Of a stretch of DNA of 64,000 bases, positions 46,424-56,345 are shown piece by piece. The translations under genes and the position numbers were made by a program. Under the pieces are notes generated by a model. That model ran no database searches. It had not been told where the DNA came from and saw nothing but the letters and a program-made list of their open reading frames with translations. This DNA comes from a virus: positions 32,001 to 96,000 of the IMG/VR virus record IMGVR_UViG_3300028920_000034; one strand, given 5' to 3'. Every line of letters starts with the position of its first letter. The stretch's first letter is position 1.

Positions 46424-48589
46424 TTAGGCGCTCTGGTTGACCTTCTGCTGGAACCGGAAGCGCACAAATTCGCCGGGCTTGTTGGGCGCGGCGTACACGT
46501 CGCACGTCACCAATCCCAGGTCGATGTTCGCCTGCGGGTTGTTGGTGCTGTCACACACCACCTTGAAGGATTCGTCCGGATCCTGACCGGCGAAATACCC
46601 CTCGTTGTGGAGGTTGAGCATGAACGAGTTGAGGCTCGCGGAGATCCGCGCCCACAGCCCCGCGTTGTTGGACTCGAAGACCGCCCAGTGGGTGGCCAGG
46701 AACGTGGACTTCTCCAGGAACATGAACAGCCGGCGGACCTGGATGTACTTCCACTCCGCGTCGATGCTCATGGTCCGGGCGCCCCACACGGCTCGGCCGG
46801 TCTGGGGGCTGTCCACCAGGGGGTTGATGTTCGCCGGGTAGATCAGATCCCGCTCACCCTTGCTCGTGTCGTACTCGAGCCCGATGGCCAGGAGGAGCTT
46901 CCCGTCGTTGATGCCCGCGGGGGCCTTCCCGACGTTCCGCTGCTGATCCGTCCGGGCGAACACGCCGGCCACGAAGCCCGAGGGGGGCATGTTCATGGGC
47001 CGGTTGTTCGCCAGGCTGTTGGCGATGGTCACCCAGGGGTAGTACAGCGCCGCGTAGGAGCTGGCGAACGCCCCGGTGAACTGCCGGTACTCGAGCACCT
47101 CCTGGGGCGTCAGATCCGACGCCGGATCCAAGAGGATGAACCGGTCCTTGCCGTCCTCCGCCCATGCGATCAGATCGTTGGCCACGATCACCGAGCCCGC
47201 GAAGTCCGGGAGGAACACCTGGAGGATCTCTTCGATCTGGTCCAGGGCATAGATCCCGCGCCGGCTGGACTGGAGCGCCGGGTCCGTCACCAGGGTGCGG
47301 GTCAGGCCGCCCGTACCGTCCGAGCCACCGGACAGGGTGCAGCACGCCTCGGTGTCATGGCTCACCTGTTTGTAGGTGGCCGTCACCACCGCCGTGCCCG
47401 TGGCATTGAAGTTGAGGGTCACGTACCCGGTGGTGTAGTTGACCGTCCCGTCGCCGCCCTGGTCACCCGTGAGGGTGCCGTTGCCGTCATCGGTGAACGT
47501 CTCGGTGCCATCGGTGATGCTCACCGAGCCCCGAAGCACCTCCGGGTGCGCCAGGTAGGTGGTGTAGGCCAGGCTGGCCCCGTCCTCGAGGAGCAACGGC
47601 TCGGCCGTCCAGGTGGCCGGCTGGAGCTCCCAGGGCACGCCCGGGGTGGTGCCGGCCGCCACACGCACCAGGTCGGACCGGTTGTTCACCTCGTCCACGA
47701 AGTAGTCCGGGTCACCCGGCGTGGTGAGGTTAAACGGCCCGAGCTGCTCCTGCACCACGTAGTCGCCAGCCCCGAGGGAGCTCTCCTCGTACACCAGCAT
47801 GTCGAACTTGGTGTAACCGCCGTTGGCGGTGTCCCGGTAGGAATCGTTGCCGATCAGGCACGCCTTCACCAGATTGCCCCAGGCGCCCTCGTTCTCGGCT
47901 TCGATGGCCCACCGGTTCACCAGGTCCGACCCGGCGGCGCTCGGGGTGCCACCGAATACGAGCTGGGTGCCGTCACCCAGGGTGGTCGGGGCTGCCACCG
48001 CCACCGAGGAGCTCGCGCCCGTGCCGCCGGTCTCGTCCGACGTGATCTTGATCCGCTGGTAGCCGTCCGTGTCGGTGACCACCGAGGCCGTGGACGTGGC
48101 GGAAATGTCCGCGTTGATCGCCGCCGCGATCTGGGTGGCCGTGTAGATCCCGGTGCCACCGCCCGCGGTCAGGTCAATGTCATCGTAGGCCGTCGCCTCG
48201 TCCGTGACCTTGATCCCGTCGTCGGTGGTGGCCGTGATGGTGATGCCAGCCGCCGGGATGCGCCAGCCCAGCACGTAGGCCGCCTGGTCCGCATCTTCGA
48301 TGGCGCAGTCCGCTTTCACCGCGTTGGCCGGCACCTCGCGCACGATGTACGCGCGGGAGCCGCCGTTGGAGAAGAACGCCGCCATGGCGTAGGGCACGTA
48401 GCTGTTGCTCCAGTAGGAGCCGAACTTGTCCACGAAGTCATCGAACCCCGTGACCAGGGTGGCCTTCCCCACCGGTCCGCGCTGGAGCCAGCCCACGGTG
48501 GCGCACGTGGACGTGCTCACGCCGCTGACCACCGCGGGGCCCGCCGCTCGCTCCTCGATGTAGACGCCTGGGCTCAGGTATTCCGCCAT
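46424..48589 (-). CDS. Contractile tail sheath protein
   Basis: MAEYLSPGVYIEE, AFF.NGG, YAALYYPW, PPSG.VAG..ARTD..R.V.KAPA, VWGART, YI.VRRL, P.KP.EFV. Confidence 0.95.
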   Translation of the reverse strand: MAEYLSPGVYIEERAAGPAVVSGVSTSTCATVGWLQRGPVGKATLVTGFDDFVDKFGSYWSNSYVPYAMAAFFSNGGSRAYIVREVPANAVKADCAIEDADQAAYVLGWRIPAAGITITATTDDGIKVTDEATAYDDIDLTAGGGTGIYTATQIAAAINADISATSTASVVTDTDGYQRIKITSDETGGTGASSSVAVAAPTTLGDGTQLVFGGTPSAAGSDLVNRWAIEAENEGAWGNLVKACLIGNDSYRDTANGGYTKFDMLVYEESSLGAGDYVVQEQLGPFNLTTPGDPDYFVDEVNNRSDLVRVAAGTTPGVPWELQPATWTAEPLLLEDGASLAYTTYLAHPEVLRGSVSITDGTETFTDDGNGTLTGDQGGDGTVNYTTGYVTLNFNATGTAVVTATYKQVSHDTEACCTLSGGSDGTGGLTRTLVTDPALQSSRRGIYALDQIEEILQVFLPDFAGSVIVANDLIAWAEDGKDRFILLDPASDLTPQEVLEYRQFTGAFASSYAALYYPWVTIANSLANNRPMNMPPSGFVAGVFARTDQQRNVGKAPAGINDGKLLLAIGLEYDTSKGERDLIYPANINPLVDSPQTGRAVWGARTMSIDAEWKYIQVRRLFMFLEKSTFLATHWAVFESNNAGLWARISASLNSFMLNLHNEGYFAGQDPDESFKVVCDSTNNPQANIDLGLVTCDVYAAPNKPGEFVRFRFQQKVNQSA

Positions 48590-48687
48590 GATGGTTCTCC
48601 TCCGATGTGCCACTCCATCGGAGCGGCGATCCGTTCATGAATCTTTTGAACAGCTACCGCCTGGGCAGCCGCATGTTACCGATCCTG

Positions 48688-49194
48688 CTACCCCTTGCGC
48701 TTGCGTCTGCGCTTGGAGGTACGCTTCGGAGTCGAAGTCTCCCCGGGCGGGGGCTCATCCTTGCCGCTCTCCTCGCCGTCATCGGCGGGGGGCTCGGACT
48801 CGTGAGCATCAGAAGACTCGGCTCCGGGCTCAGTAACAGGCTGCCCGGGGTCATCGGAGGGAACTGGCGGAGGCTCTGGAGCCGGTTCCGCCTCGAGCTC
48901 CACCTCGAGCTCGGGCTCGGGCTGGGGCTCAGGCTTGGGCTCCGGGGCCACCACTGGCTCCGGGGTATGCTTCGGGGGAGGTGGCAAGGGAGCGGGAGGA
49001 GCCGGCGCCTTCACAGGCTTTGGATCCACCCCCACCTCAACCACGTGACCCTTTCTTTTCAGCGCACGGAACGGACCGCTGTTCACGGTCTGCCGATCCA
49101 CAGGGAACTCGGCCAGGGGGGCAACGGACATGGAATCGCCGTTGGCGAAGTCCACGGGTAGGGGACGATTTTGAGTGTTGCGGAATCTGGCCAT
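48688..49194 (-). CDS. Hypothetical protein with Pro/Glu-rich tail
   Basis: 168 aa; small N-terminal domain followed by low complexity. Confidence 0.6.
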   Translation of the reverse strand: MARFRNTQNRPLPVDFANGDSMSVAPLAEFPVDRQTVNSGPFRALKRKGHVVEVGVDPKPVKAPAPPAPLPPPPKHTPEPVVAPEPKPEPQPEPELEVELEAEPAPEPPPVPSDDPGQPVTEPGAESSDAHESEPPADDGEESGKDEPPPGETSTPKRTSKRRRKRKG

Positions 49195-49216
49195 CTATTC
49201 AGCTCCGGGATCCGCC

Positions 49217-49960
49217 CTATGGTACACCTACATGATCTTCGATTGCAAGCGATCTCGCACCCTTCACCAGGAGCGGGTCGTTCAGGTCTATCTCACCCTG
49301 CACCGTCACGTTCAAGGCGAATCCGCCTTGGCGATCCACAATGTCCAGAGCATCCTTCAGATCTGTCGGACCCTCTGCCGTGCAATCGTAGGTGCGCTCA
49401 TCCCCCAGACTGTCCAGGACAGGGATCCGGGTGAACCCCTGGGGAGGATAACGCTTCATCACGTGCTTCAGCATCCTCTGGGCATTGGATTCTGCTTTCA
49501 CACCGGCCGTGAGCACAGAGAACATATACATGAGATTATACGGAAAACTGCCGTACTGCTCCTCGTACTCCTCGTAGCCGCCGGTGAATTCGGTCCTACC
49601 CCACGTAGCCGTGGTCATGGCCCCCACCCCCGCCCGGTACTTCAGGTGGACGCTGGGCCACCGCTCCGGGGCCGGATCCACACTGTCGCGGCGCACCACG
49701 ATACAGGGGAGCACGAAGCTCTGGAACCGGTCGTCTGGCGCGTTCCAGATCACAGGGATCCCAGGCATCGCCTGGCCACGGAGCTCCTCCACTCGGTAGG
49801 ACCCAGGGTACGGGGGCGGATCTACGCCGTCGATGTTCACCCACCAGTCGTCATCGATCTGCTGCGCGCCCAGGTGACGCACCACGCCCAGATCGAAATC
49901 CGAGATCCACACGTCCCCAGTGGGCGCGGCTTGGACAAACGGTGTGACGGTCGGACTCAT
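49217..49960 (-). CDS. Tail terminator / tail completion protein
   Basis: LP.I.V.R....A.ER, P.NL.Y...V pattern; immediately upstream of the sheath. Confidence 0.6.
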   Translation of the reverse strand: MSPTVTPFVQAAPTGDVWISDFDLGVVRHLGAQQIDDDWWVNIDGVDPPPYPGSYRVEELRGQAMPGIPVIWNAPDDRFQSFVLPCIVVRRDSVDPAPERWPSVHLKYRAGVGAMTTATWGRTEFTGGYEEYEEQYGSFPYNLMYMFSVLTAGVKAESNAQRMLKHVMKRYPPQGFTRIPVLDSLGDERTYDCTAEGPTDLKDALDIVDRQGGFALNVTVQGEIDLNDPLLVKGARSLAIEDHVGVP

Positions 49961-50763
49961 TGTGCAATCTTAGCCTGAAACGCTTTGATCATCACCTTCA
50001 CCTGTTGCCCTGGGATCTTTTTCAGGTTGGGCAACGGGCTCACCCACTTGGTGAAGTTGGGATCTCCGAGGTACTTCTCCCACTGCGGATCTCTCACCAT
50101 CCCCTTCATGGTCTGCTCCTTGAGCCGGTAGGCGAAACCCCAGTGCGCCAGGCGCTTCATCTTGATCCCGAACTCGAGGCGCAGTGCAGTGAAAAGCAGA
50201 TCTGGAATCGAAGCCGGCTTCTCCACGTCGTCCTGGTGGTCCTTATCGTAGGTCGCGCCGGCCACCTTGAAGTTGTCCCGGTACTCGTCCAGGATTTCAT
50301 CGTTGCGCTTGCGAAGGCGCACCACCTCATCCTCGGTAACCTTCCGGTGGACGTACTTCACCCCCTCCACACCCTTGGCCTCGCGCGGGAGCCGGTCAAT
50401 AGTCCACGGCCCGTGCTGTACCAGGAGGGTCCCCAGCACCGTGATGGTCTCGCGCTCCTGGACCACGTAGACGGCCGTGGTCTCGTTCGGCTCGTCCTCG
50501 AGCTTCACGGCCTTCGGAACGGCGATCAGGGCATAGGCGTGCTGCCCGGGACGCAGCGAGGTGGCGATCTCTCGCTCCTGGATCGCGTCCCGGTAAGCGC
50601 GGCCCCACTTGTCCTCGGGGAGCTGCGAAACCACCAGCTCGCGGAACCTGTCCATGAACGTGCGGAGGAACACCTCCTGGACGCGCTTGTTGCGCTCCTC
50701 CCAGGTGCCCGTCAGCTTGCGGAGCCGCTTCCACCGGCCCGCTGGCTTTACCGCGAGCTTCAC
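49957..50763 (-). CDS. Putative neck/tail completion protein
   Basis: GTG 50763; LEFG...HW motif reminiscent of HK97-gp10-like proteins; gene position. Confidence 0.5.
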   Translation of the reverse strand: MKLAVKPAGRWKRLRKLTGTWEERNKRVQEVFLRTFMDRFRELVVSQLPEDKWGRAYRDAIQEREIATSLRPGQHAYALIAVPKAVKLEDEPNETTAVYVVQERETITVLGTLLVQHGPWTIDRLPREAKGVEGVKYVHRKVTEDEVVRLRKRNDEILDEYRDNFKVAGATYDKDHQDDVEKPASIPDLLFTALRLEFGIKMKRLAHWGFAYRLKEQTMKGMVRDPQWEKYLGDPNFTKWVSPLPNLKKIPGQQVKVMIKAFQAKIAQ

Positions 50764-50764
50764 G

Positions 50765-51163
50765 CTAGTCCCCCACCACGGCGTAGTAGACGTTGGTGGC
50801 CGTGGCGCCGGTGGTGACGTAGACACTGGTCACCTCCGCGTCCAGGTAGAGCACCGCCTTGATCGTGGTGCTCGGCACCTTCAGGCTGATGGCGCGGTCC
50901 GCCTCGGTGCCCCCGAGCTTGATCACCAGGTCCTGGTCCGTCTCGAGGTACAGGAGGCGCCCGGTGCTGATGCTGGCTGGCATGGCGAGCTGGTAGTCGG
51001 TCTCCGAAGCTGGCACCAGCACGCTGTTGCCGCTGGCCTCCGCGAGCTCGTCCACGCTGTTGATCAGCTCCAGGCCAGAGCCGCCGCGCTCCACCAGAGG
51101 GTTGACCATGTTCTGCACCGCCGAAACGATGAGCCGAAACTGCCGCTGTAGATAGAGGGCCAT
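50765..51163 (-). CDS. Hypothetical structural protein
   Basis: 132 aa, beta-rich. Confidence 0.6.
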   Translation of the reverse strand: MALYLQRQFRLIVSAVQNMVNPLVERGGSGLELINSVDELAEASGNSVLVPASETDYQLAMPASISTGRLLYLETDQDLVIKLGGTEADRAISLKVPSTTIKAVLYLDAEVTSVYVTTGATATNVYYAVVGD

Positions 51164-51753
51164 CAGTCAATCGTCCACATTCCAAGGGCCTCGTCCGCCT
51201 GGCGGATGGCGCCCTCGAGCTTGTCTGCCAGGGCCGCGCCGGCCTTGACGGCCAGGGCCTTGGCTGCGTCAACGAACATGGCGAGGCCCAGGAGAACCGA
51301 TCCGAGTCCCACGCCGCTCAGGGGAATGTCCATGCCGGAGGGCTTGTGCTTCATCGTGAAGCGCCCCTTTTCGTCTCGACCCTTCCCCTCGTTTTCCTGC
51401 ACCTCAAAGCCGTGCTTTTTGCCGCCCATCACCTTGTCCAGGTTGCGCTGCCCGGCCTTGCGCTGGCTGGTCAGGTCGCGCGGGCCGATGATGGGCTCAC
51501 CGGTGTCCTTGTTGATCAGCACGTGGACACCGTTGATTGTGACCCACTGGCCCTTGTCGCCCAGGTGCTTTTCGATGGTGGACGGCTTCACCTTCCCGCG
51601 CCTGGCCGCGCTTCGGAGCTTCACCTCGGGGCGCTTGCCGCCCTTGACCTTCAGATCGGTGCCTTTGAACGTGACGTTCTTGAACTTCACCGCCTCGTTC
51701 AACTCGGCCACGGCTTCCTCGAGCTGGGCGAGGTTCTCCTTGAGCTGATTCAT
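51163..51753 (-). CDS. Putative internal head protein
   Basis: N-terminal ...ELNE/A, WVTINGVHVLI and GRDEKGRFT motifs. Confidence 0.55.
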   Translation of the reverse strand: MNQLKENLAQLEEAVAELNEAVKFKNVTFKGTDLKVKGGKRPEVKLRSAARRGKVKPSTIEKHLGDKGQWVTINGVHVLINKDTGEPIIGPRDLTSQRKAGQRNLDKVMGGKKHGFEVQENEGKGRDEKGRFTMKHKPSGMDIPLSGVGLGSVLLGLAMFVDAAKALAVKAGAALADKLEGAIRQADEALGMWTID

Positions 51754-52193
51754 GCCTGGTCTCCCCTTGGGCCGTTGATCAGCTCCGCGATGGGGTTGCG
51801 TGGAGCTGGCTGCCGTGGCGTCCCGGCCGGGCGCCGCTCGTACAGGTCCGGCTTGAGGAGCTCGAGGTGCTTCTCGCAGCTCCCCACCATGCGCTGGTCC
51901 TTGATTGACTCCACGGCCGCGTCTGCATCACGGCCGCACCGCCAGCAATACTGGGGGAGGTTTACGGCACCCAGGGGCCCGCGGTACTCCGGGTAGCCGC
52001 GCCCACCCATGGGTCCGCCGCAGTCCTCACCGAGGCACTCCACCAGGCGCCAATCCGTGGTGCCACGGGCCTCCTTGCCGGCGTGGAGCTTCACGCACAT
52101 GGCGCACACGAAGCTGAATCCGGCCTTCATTGCCGCCGCTACATCTTCGGGGCCGATGGTGAACGCACCGTCTGGTCTACTTGAGCTTTTCAC
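51750..52193 (-). CDS. Cys-rich hypothetical protein
   Basis: CAMC, C....C, CWRC, C..H. Confidence 0.6.
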   Translation of the reverse strand: MKSSSRPDGAFTIGPEDVAAAMKAGFSFVCAMCVKLHAGKEARGTTDWRLVECLGEDCGGPMGGRGYPEYRGPLGAVNLPQYCWRCGRDADAAVESIKDQRMVGSCEKHLELLKPDLYERRPAGTPRQPAPRNPIAELINGPRGDQA

Positions 52194-52611
52194 GCATCAG
52201 CCCCCTTCGAAGCTCGAGTTGAATCCGGTTGATTGCCATCTTCATCCCATGGCGCCGAAGGAACCAGTCGGTGGTCACCCAGAGGTGTTTGTTTCCCGGC
52301 ACGGCGAACTGGCGCGCCAGCACCATCGCCAGGTCCTTGGCGCTTTCCTCGGTGGCATCCGGAAGCGCGTGCCGAATCCCCACCATGAACAGCATCACCA
52401 GCCAGTCCATGAGGTTGGGGAAGAACTTGAGATCTGGCTTGAGCTCCTTCATGTGGGTGCGGTCCACCGCCTCCGCCACCTGGCGGAGCTCGGCAACCGC
52501 CTCCGGCGATGGCTCTCCGAACAGCTCGAGGATGCCCCTCGAGATCTTCCGGCCGTCAGCTTCTACTGGCTCGGCCATGGGCTCGTTTTCATCATGGACG
52601 GTTCGCATCAT
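52177..52611 (-). CDS. Hypothetical protein
   Basis: 144 aa helical ORF, tightly packed. Confidence 0.55.
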   Translation of the reverse strand: MMRTVHDENEPMAEPVEADGRKISRGILELFGEPSPEAVAELRQVAEAVDRTHMKELKPDLKFFPNLMDWLVMLFMVGIRHALPDATEESAKDLAMVLARQFAVPGNKHLWVTTDWFLRRHGMKMAINRIQLELRRGLMREKLK

Positions 52612-53121
52612 CTAGTCCGTATCGGGTCCGCCATGAGACGCCACGATTCCGCGCCGCCACGCCTCGAATTTAGTGTTCCGCCGGAGGGTCAGGGTCCACC
52701 CGGTATGATCCAGCCGGGAATCGTCAATGATCCCATCCCGGCTCACTTTCGTCACATCGTAGTATTGATCCCAGGCGAACACCACGTCGCCCTCGCGCGG
52801 GCGCTCGGTGCCCTGGGTCTGCTCCTCCCAGTCGCGCACCGCGATGTTGATCTCACCATCCCACTGCTTCCGACGCCCTTCCTCGCCAGTGGTCAGGGAG
52901 CTCTGTGGGTTCACGCCAAAACATGGCATCCTGAGCCCACTGGGTAAATCCTTCCAGACCAGCGCGGCCGGCTCATCGTACAGCGCCGACGTGCCGCTCC
53001 TGGTGTCGCTATTGGCCTTGTCCAGACGGAAGTAGTAGGCGATCATACCGGCCAGGTCATTCACCTCCTGGGCGATACACTGCATGAACAGCTTGTCCTT
53101 GGTGTGAATCAGCCGGCCCAT
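52612..53121 (-). CDS. Head closure / neck protein (T4 gp14-like)
   Basis: G....YY......LYDE, P.EGDV......Y.V..V pattern. Confidence 0.6.
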   Translation of the reverse strand: MGRLIHTKDKLFMQCIAQEVNDLAGMIAYYFRLDKANSDTRSGTSALYDEPAALVWKDLPSGLRMPCFGVNPQSSLTTGEEGRRKQWDGEINIAVRDWEEQTQGTERPREGDVVFAWDQYYDVTKVSRDGIIDDSRLDHTGWTLTLRRNTKFEAWRRGIVASHGGPDTD

Positions 53122-53124
53122 GAA

Positions 53125-53715
53125 CTACCGCCCCCGCTTCCCGAGCCCCAGGGCGCCCTTCACCGAGTCGATGAGACCCTGGCCGAATCCAAACGGGTCA
53201 CGCTGCTCCTCCTCGGTGACCAGGTAGCCGTCCACGAAGAGGGCCTCGTTCGCCTTGGCCGAAGGAGCCCCGATCCCACCACGCTCGTCTGGCTGTGGCG
53301 CCCCGGGTCCCTTCGGTTCTCCACCCTGGTCCTGGCCAGGCTGCGCCACCTGGGCCTGTGGCTTCGGCTTCGGCTTCTCAGGCGCCTTGGCCTTGGGGAG
53401 GCGCTCGAGGATCTTGGCTCCATCGGCCAGAATCTTCTCGAGACTCACCGCCGCCTGGTCCGCCTTGCCGTTGTCCACCATCTCCAGCACACCACCCATC
53501 CGCTTGGCCAGGGTCTCGAGCTCACCCTTGATCGTCTCACGCTGGGCCGCCAGCTTGGCCTTGGAGCCCTCCTGGAGCTGTGGTGCCGCACCGGTGATAC
53601 TGGCGAGCTCGGCCCCAAACCAGTCCACCTCTTCCCCGATCACCTCGCGTGTAAGGCCGCTCAGGTGCGCCAGCTCGTTCATCAGGTGCTCGGTGTCGCT
53701 CCGCTTTGCCATCAC
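53125..53715 (-). CDS. Hypothetical protein, putative internal head protein
   Basis: 196 aa; LQE/G and VTE/E candidate cleavage sites. Confidence 0.55.
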   Translation of the reverse strand: MMAKRSDTEHLMNELAHLSGLTREVIGEEVDWFGAELASITGAAPQLQEGSKAKLAAQRETIKGELETLAKRMGGVLEMVDNGKADQAAVSLEKILADGAKILERLPKAKAPEKPKPKPQAQVAQPGQDQGGEPKGPGAPQPDERGGIGAPSAKANEALFVDGYLVTEEEQRDPFGFGQGLIDSVKGALGLGKRGR

Positions 53716-53721
53716 AGTCTC

Positions 53722-54624
53722 CTAGTACGGGTCTCGGCCCGTGATCGCGTAGTAGTCACGATCCTTGGCCACCCGCACCGCATAGGGCTCGCCCTGGGTG
53801 TGCCGCTGCCAATCACGGGCGCGTCCCTTCCCCGTGAGCTCAATCATCCGCCGGTCGGGGACGCCCCCCTTGGACTTCCGCCGCTTGGCGTACTGCCACT
53901 GGACCATCTTGCGCCTGGCGATCATCTGGGAACTCTTAGCCGGGCTGTGGTGGAACTTGTACCCGGTTCGCTTCCCACGCACGTAGATCGCCCGAACCAT
54001 GTGCTTATACATATTGGCGTGCGAAACGGCCGCCTTGTACTTTCCTGGCTTTCCCTTGGGACCCTTGCGCCGGAGAATCGCCTCCGGTGGCTGGCCCTTT
54101 CGTGGCTTCACTGGCAGGTTGCCCGCGCTCCTCGAGGTAGTATCCAGGTTCGCCGGCCACGGCTCCGGGTACTCCGGCCCGGGTGGCCCCGGAATCGGGA
54201 TGCCCTTGGAGTCGAATCGCGGGCCTTCCTTGCCTGGCTTCGGAGGAGCTCCACCTGCATGGCGCTGCGTCGGGATCTCCACCCGGCCACCCGGCTCATC
54301 CTTGGGCTGCTTCTTGGGGATGCCCACCTTGGTGCTCGGTGGCTGTGGCCGAGCTGCCGCCGGTTTCGTGGTAGGCTTCTTGACTTCCTTGCGCTTCTTG
54401 AACAGGTCCTTGAGCCGCTGGGCCGCCCGGGACTTGAGCTCCTTGGCACGCTGGATAGCCGACTTGGCCACCTTCCTGGCCCCGCGCAACACGTCACCGA
54501 GCCGCTCGTCTAGCACCTCCTGGCCGTAGGTGGCCACGGGCACCGGGACAGAGCTCTCCGCCATGGCGCGCATCGCCCGCGCACGCGAGGCGATGGGGTT
54601 GGGCTTGGAAAGGGAGACCAGCAT
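53722..54624 (-). CDS. Highly basic hypothetical protein, putative internal head protein
   Basis: 300 aa, Lys/Arg/Pro-rich after VLDE/R. Confidence 0.55.
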   Translation of the reverse strand: MLVSLSKPNPIASRARAMRAMAESSVPVPVATYGQEVLDERLGDVLRGARKVAKSAIQRAKELKSRAAQRLKDLFKKRKEVKKPTTKPAAARPQPPSTKVGIPKKQPKDEPGGRVEIPTQRHAGGAPPKPGKEGPRFDSKGIPIPGPPGPEYPEPWPANLDTTSRSAGNLPVKPRKGQPPEAILRRKGPKGKPGKYKAAVSHANMYKHMVRAIYVRGKRTGYKFHHSPAKSSQMIARRKMVQWQYAKRRKSKGGVPDRRMIELTGKGRARDWQRHTQGEPYAVRVAKDRDYYAITGRDPY

Positions 54625-54625
54625 C

Positions 54626-55213
54626 CTACTCCTCGAGCACCCCGGAATCGTCTACCACCTGGCGCACGGCCTCGAGCATCACCTCCGCCGTCTCGGGTGA
54701 CAGGTCCACCTGGCCGCCGGCCTCGAGGAGCCCCATGGTGGCGAGCTCCGCGTTCACCGCGCCCACGGCCGCGCCCACCAGGCGCTTCCAGTGGTCGGCG
54801 TTGAGGGCCACGTTGCCATCGTCCTCGAGCTCGAGGCCCAGGCTGTCCGCCTCCGGCACGTTCTTCAGCTTGGAGCTGCCGTTGCTCCCCGGCTTGTCCT
54901 TGGAGCACTTCTTTCCGGCCGCGCCGGCTTCGCTCACCAGGGACAGGACGTTGCTCAGACGATCCTTCAAATCACCCTTCATCACGGACTTCTGGGCATC
55001 GGACATGATTCTTTCCTCCGCCGCGGACTCACCGCGGATTCTCTGCACCGCTGTTCCCAGGGCGCGCTTTCTGTGCCCGAGCTTGGTAGCAGCGGACACC
55101 TTTTTCGACGGCTTGACCCCCTTCACGGCTCCCCAGGTGAGATACCTGTGACTCATCTTGGGGAGCTTGGCCGTCTTGGCCGTAGCGTGGTGGGGGCCTT
55201 TTTTGCCGCTCAT
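54626..55213 (-). CDS. Hypothetical protein
   Basis: 195 aa; internal KDRLSNVLSLVSE/A motif. Confidence 0.55.
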   Translation of the reverse strand: MSGKKGPHHATAKTAKLPKMSHRYLTWGAVKGVKPSKKVSAATKLGHRKRALGTAVQRIRGESAAEERIMSDAQKSVMKGDLKDRLSNVLSLVSEAGAAGKKCSKDKPGSNGSSKLKNVPEADSLGLELEDDGNVALNADHWKRLVGAAVGAVNAELATMGLLEAGGQVDLSPETAEVMLEAVRQVVDDSGVLEE

Positions 55214-55216
55214 AGG

Positions 55217-55633
55217 CTACACACCTTTCACGATTTTCTCGTACTCCGCATCCTTGTTGGCCGCGTCACCCTGGCGAGCGAAGTAGGTAGCGCGGCCGGT
55301 TCCCTTCCTTGTCAGCTTGCGGGAGCCCTTGCGTACCTGTCCAGCCTTTTGCATGGCCGCCGTGCAGATGGCGAACGCTTTGGACAGGCCCTCCTTTCCC
55401 TTTTCGCCTTTCTGGTACACGTCCACCACGCACCGGCGGATCCCACGTGGGTTCTGGCTCACCAGCTCTCCCTCGCTGTCGCGCTTCTCGCGAATGGGCA
55501 CCAGGCGCTTGCCGCCATCGAACACCCAGGACGGCTCCCCGGTGATCTCAGGCTCCGGGTGCGTCCAGAGCTCCCACTCCCCCTCGTCCTCAAGCTGGTG
55601 GGCCAGGCCCTCGTATAGCTCACGGATGCTCAT
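55217..55633 (-). CDS. Hypothetical protein
   Basis: 138 aa; P.....CV..V......S.AFAICT..MQK.G domain of a kind seen in phage head-region proteins. Confidence 0.6.
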   Translation of the reverse strand: MSIRELYEGLAHQLEDEGEWELWTHPEPEITGEPSWVFDGGKRLVPIREKRDSEGELVSQNPRGIRRCVVDVYQKGEKGKEGLSKAFAICTAAMQKAGQVRKGSRKLTRKGTGRATYFARQGDAANKDAEYEKIVKGV

Positions 55634-56334
55634 CGATCACCTCGTTCCCAGGAGCCAGTGGACACCTGGTGTACCCAGTTGTTCAGTGCGGCGTGGGCCT
55701 GGCGGAGAGAGCCATGGAACTGATCCACCGTGGCTTGCTGTGCCGGGTTGAGGTGCCTCCGCCTCTCCCTGGGAAAATCGTCGCTCATGGCGATCTTGGA
55801 CAGAAAGTCATTCCACACCTTTAGGGCACGGCGTGGGTCTCCTTTCCTGCGTGCCTCGGTGAGCCCCTCGCTCTCCTGGGCAAACATAGCCGCGATGCTG
55901 TTGGGGTCATCCTGGGCGCCAGGCACGCCCTGGGGCTTTCCACCGCCAAGGCGCTGGCCATCCGCCAGGAGACCACGCATCGCTCCCAGGCGCTCGCGCA
56001 CGTCCGCGCGATCCCCGAGGGTAGCAATGGACTCGGTGCGCCCGCGCCGCTTCCCCTTGCGCTTCCCTTTGCCTTGGAACCGCTCCCAGACCTTGGGCCA
56101 CCGCTTCTTGACGGCCTTGAATACCTGGTCCTTGTGCTTCTTGTTGTCGGGCCACGTGGCGTAGGTCAGCGCGGTCATCGCCTGCTTCGCGCTCTGGATC
56201 GGAAACAGCCGCTCGCCGGGGATGGCGAAGTCCTTGTCCGATAGCGCCTCCCGCGTTGACTGGGCCATCTCCCCGAAGTGCTCCGCATCGTTCACCTGGT
56301 CCACTGCGCCCTGCAATCGGTCCTTGATTTCCAT
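55630..56334 (-). CDS. Hypothetical head-region protein (DUF6582-like domain)
   Basis: REALSDKDFAIPGERLFPI....A..AL motif; GGAG RBS. Confidence 0.6.
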   Translation of the reverse strand: MEIKDRLQGAVDQVNDAEHFGEMAQSTREALSDKDFAIPGERLFPIQSAKQAMTALTYATWPDNKKHKDQVFKAVKKRWPKVWERFQGKGKRKGKRRGRTESIATLGDRADVRERLGAMRGLLADGQRLGGGKPQGVPGAQDDPNSIAAMFAQESEGLTEARRKGDPRRALKVWNDFLSKIAMSDDFPRERRRHLNPAQQATVDQFHGSLRQAHAALNNWVHQVSTGSWERGDR

Positions 56335-56345
56335 TCTGTCCTCCG

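Noticed and set aside
39355-48640. Very long plus-strand ORFs (531, 873 and 919 aa) and similar antisense ORFs elsewhere
   Set aside because: They are shadows of GC-rich minus-strand genes, His/Arg/Gly-rich and without recognisable motifs.
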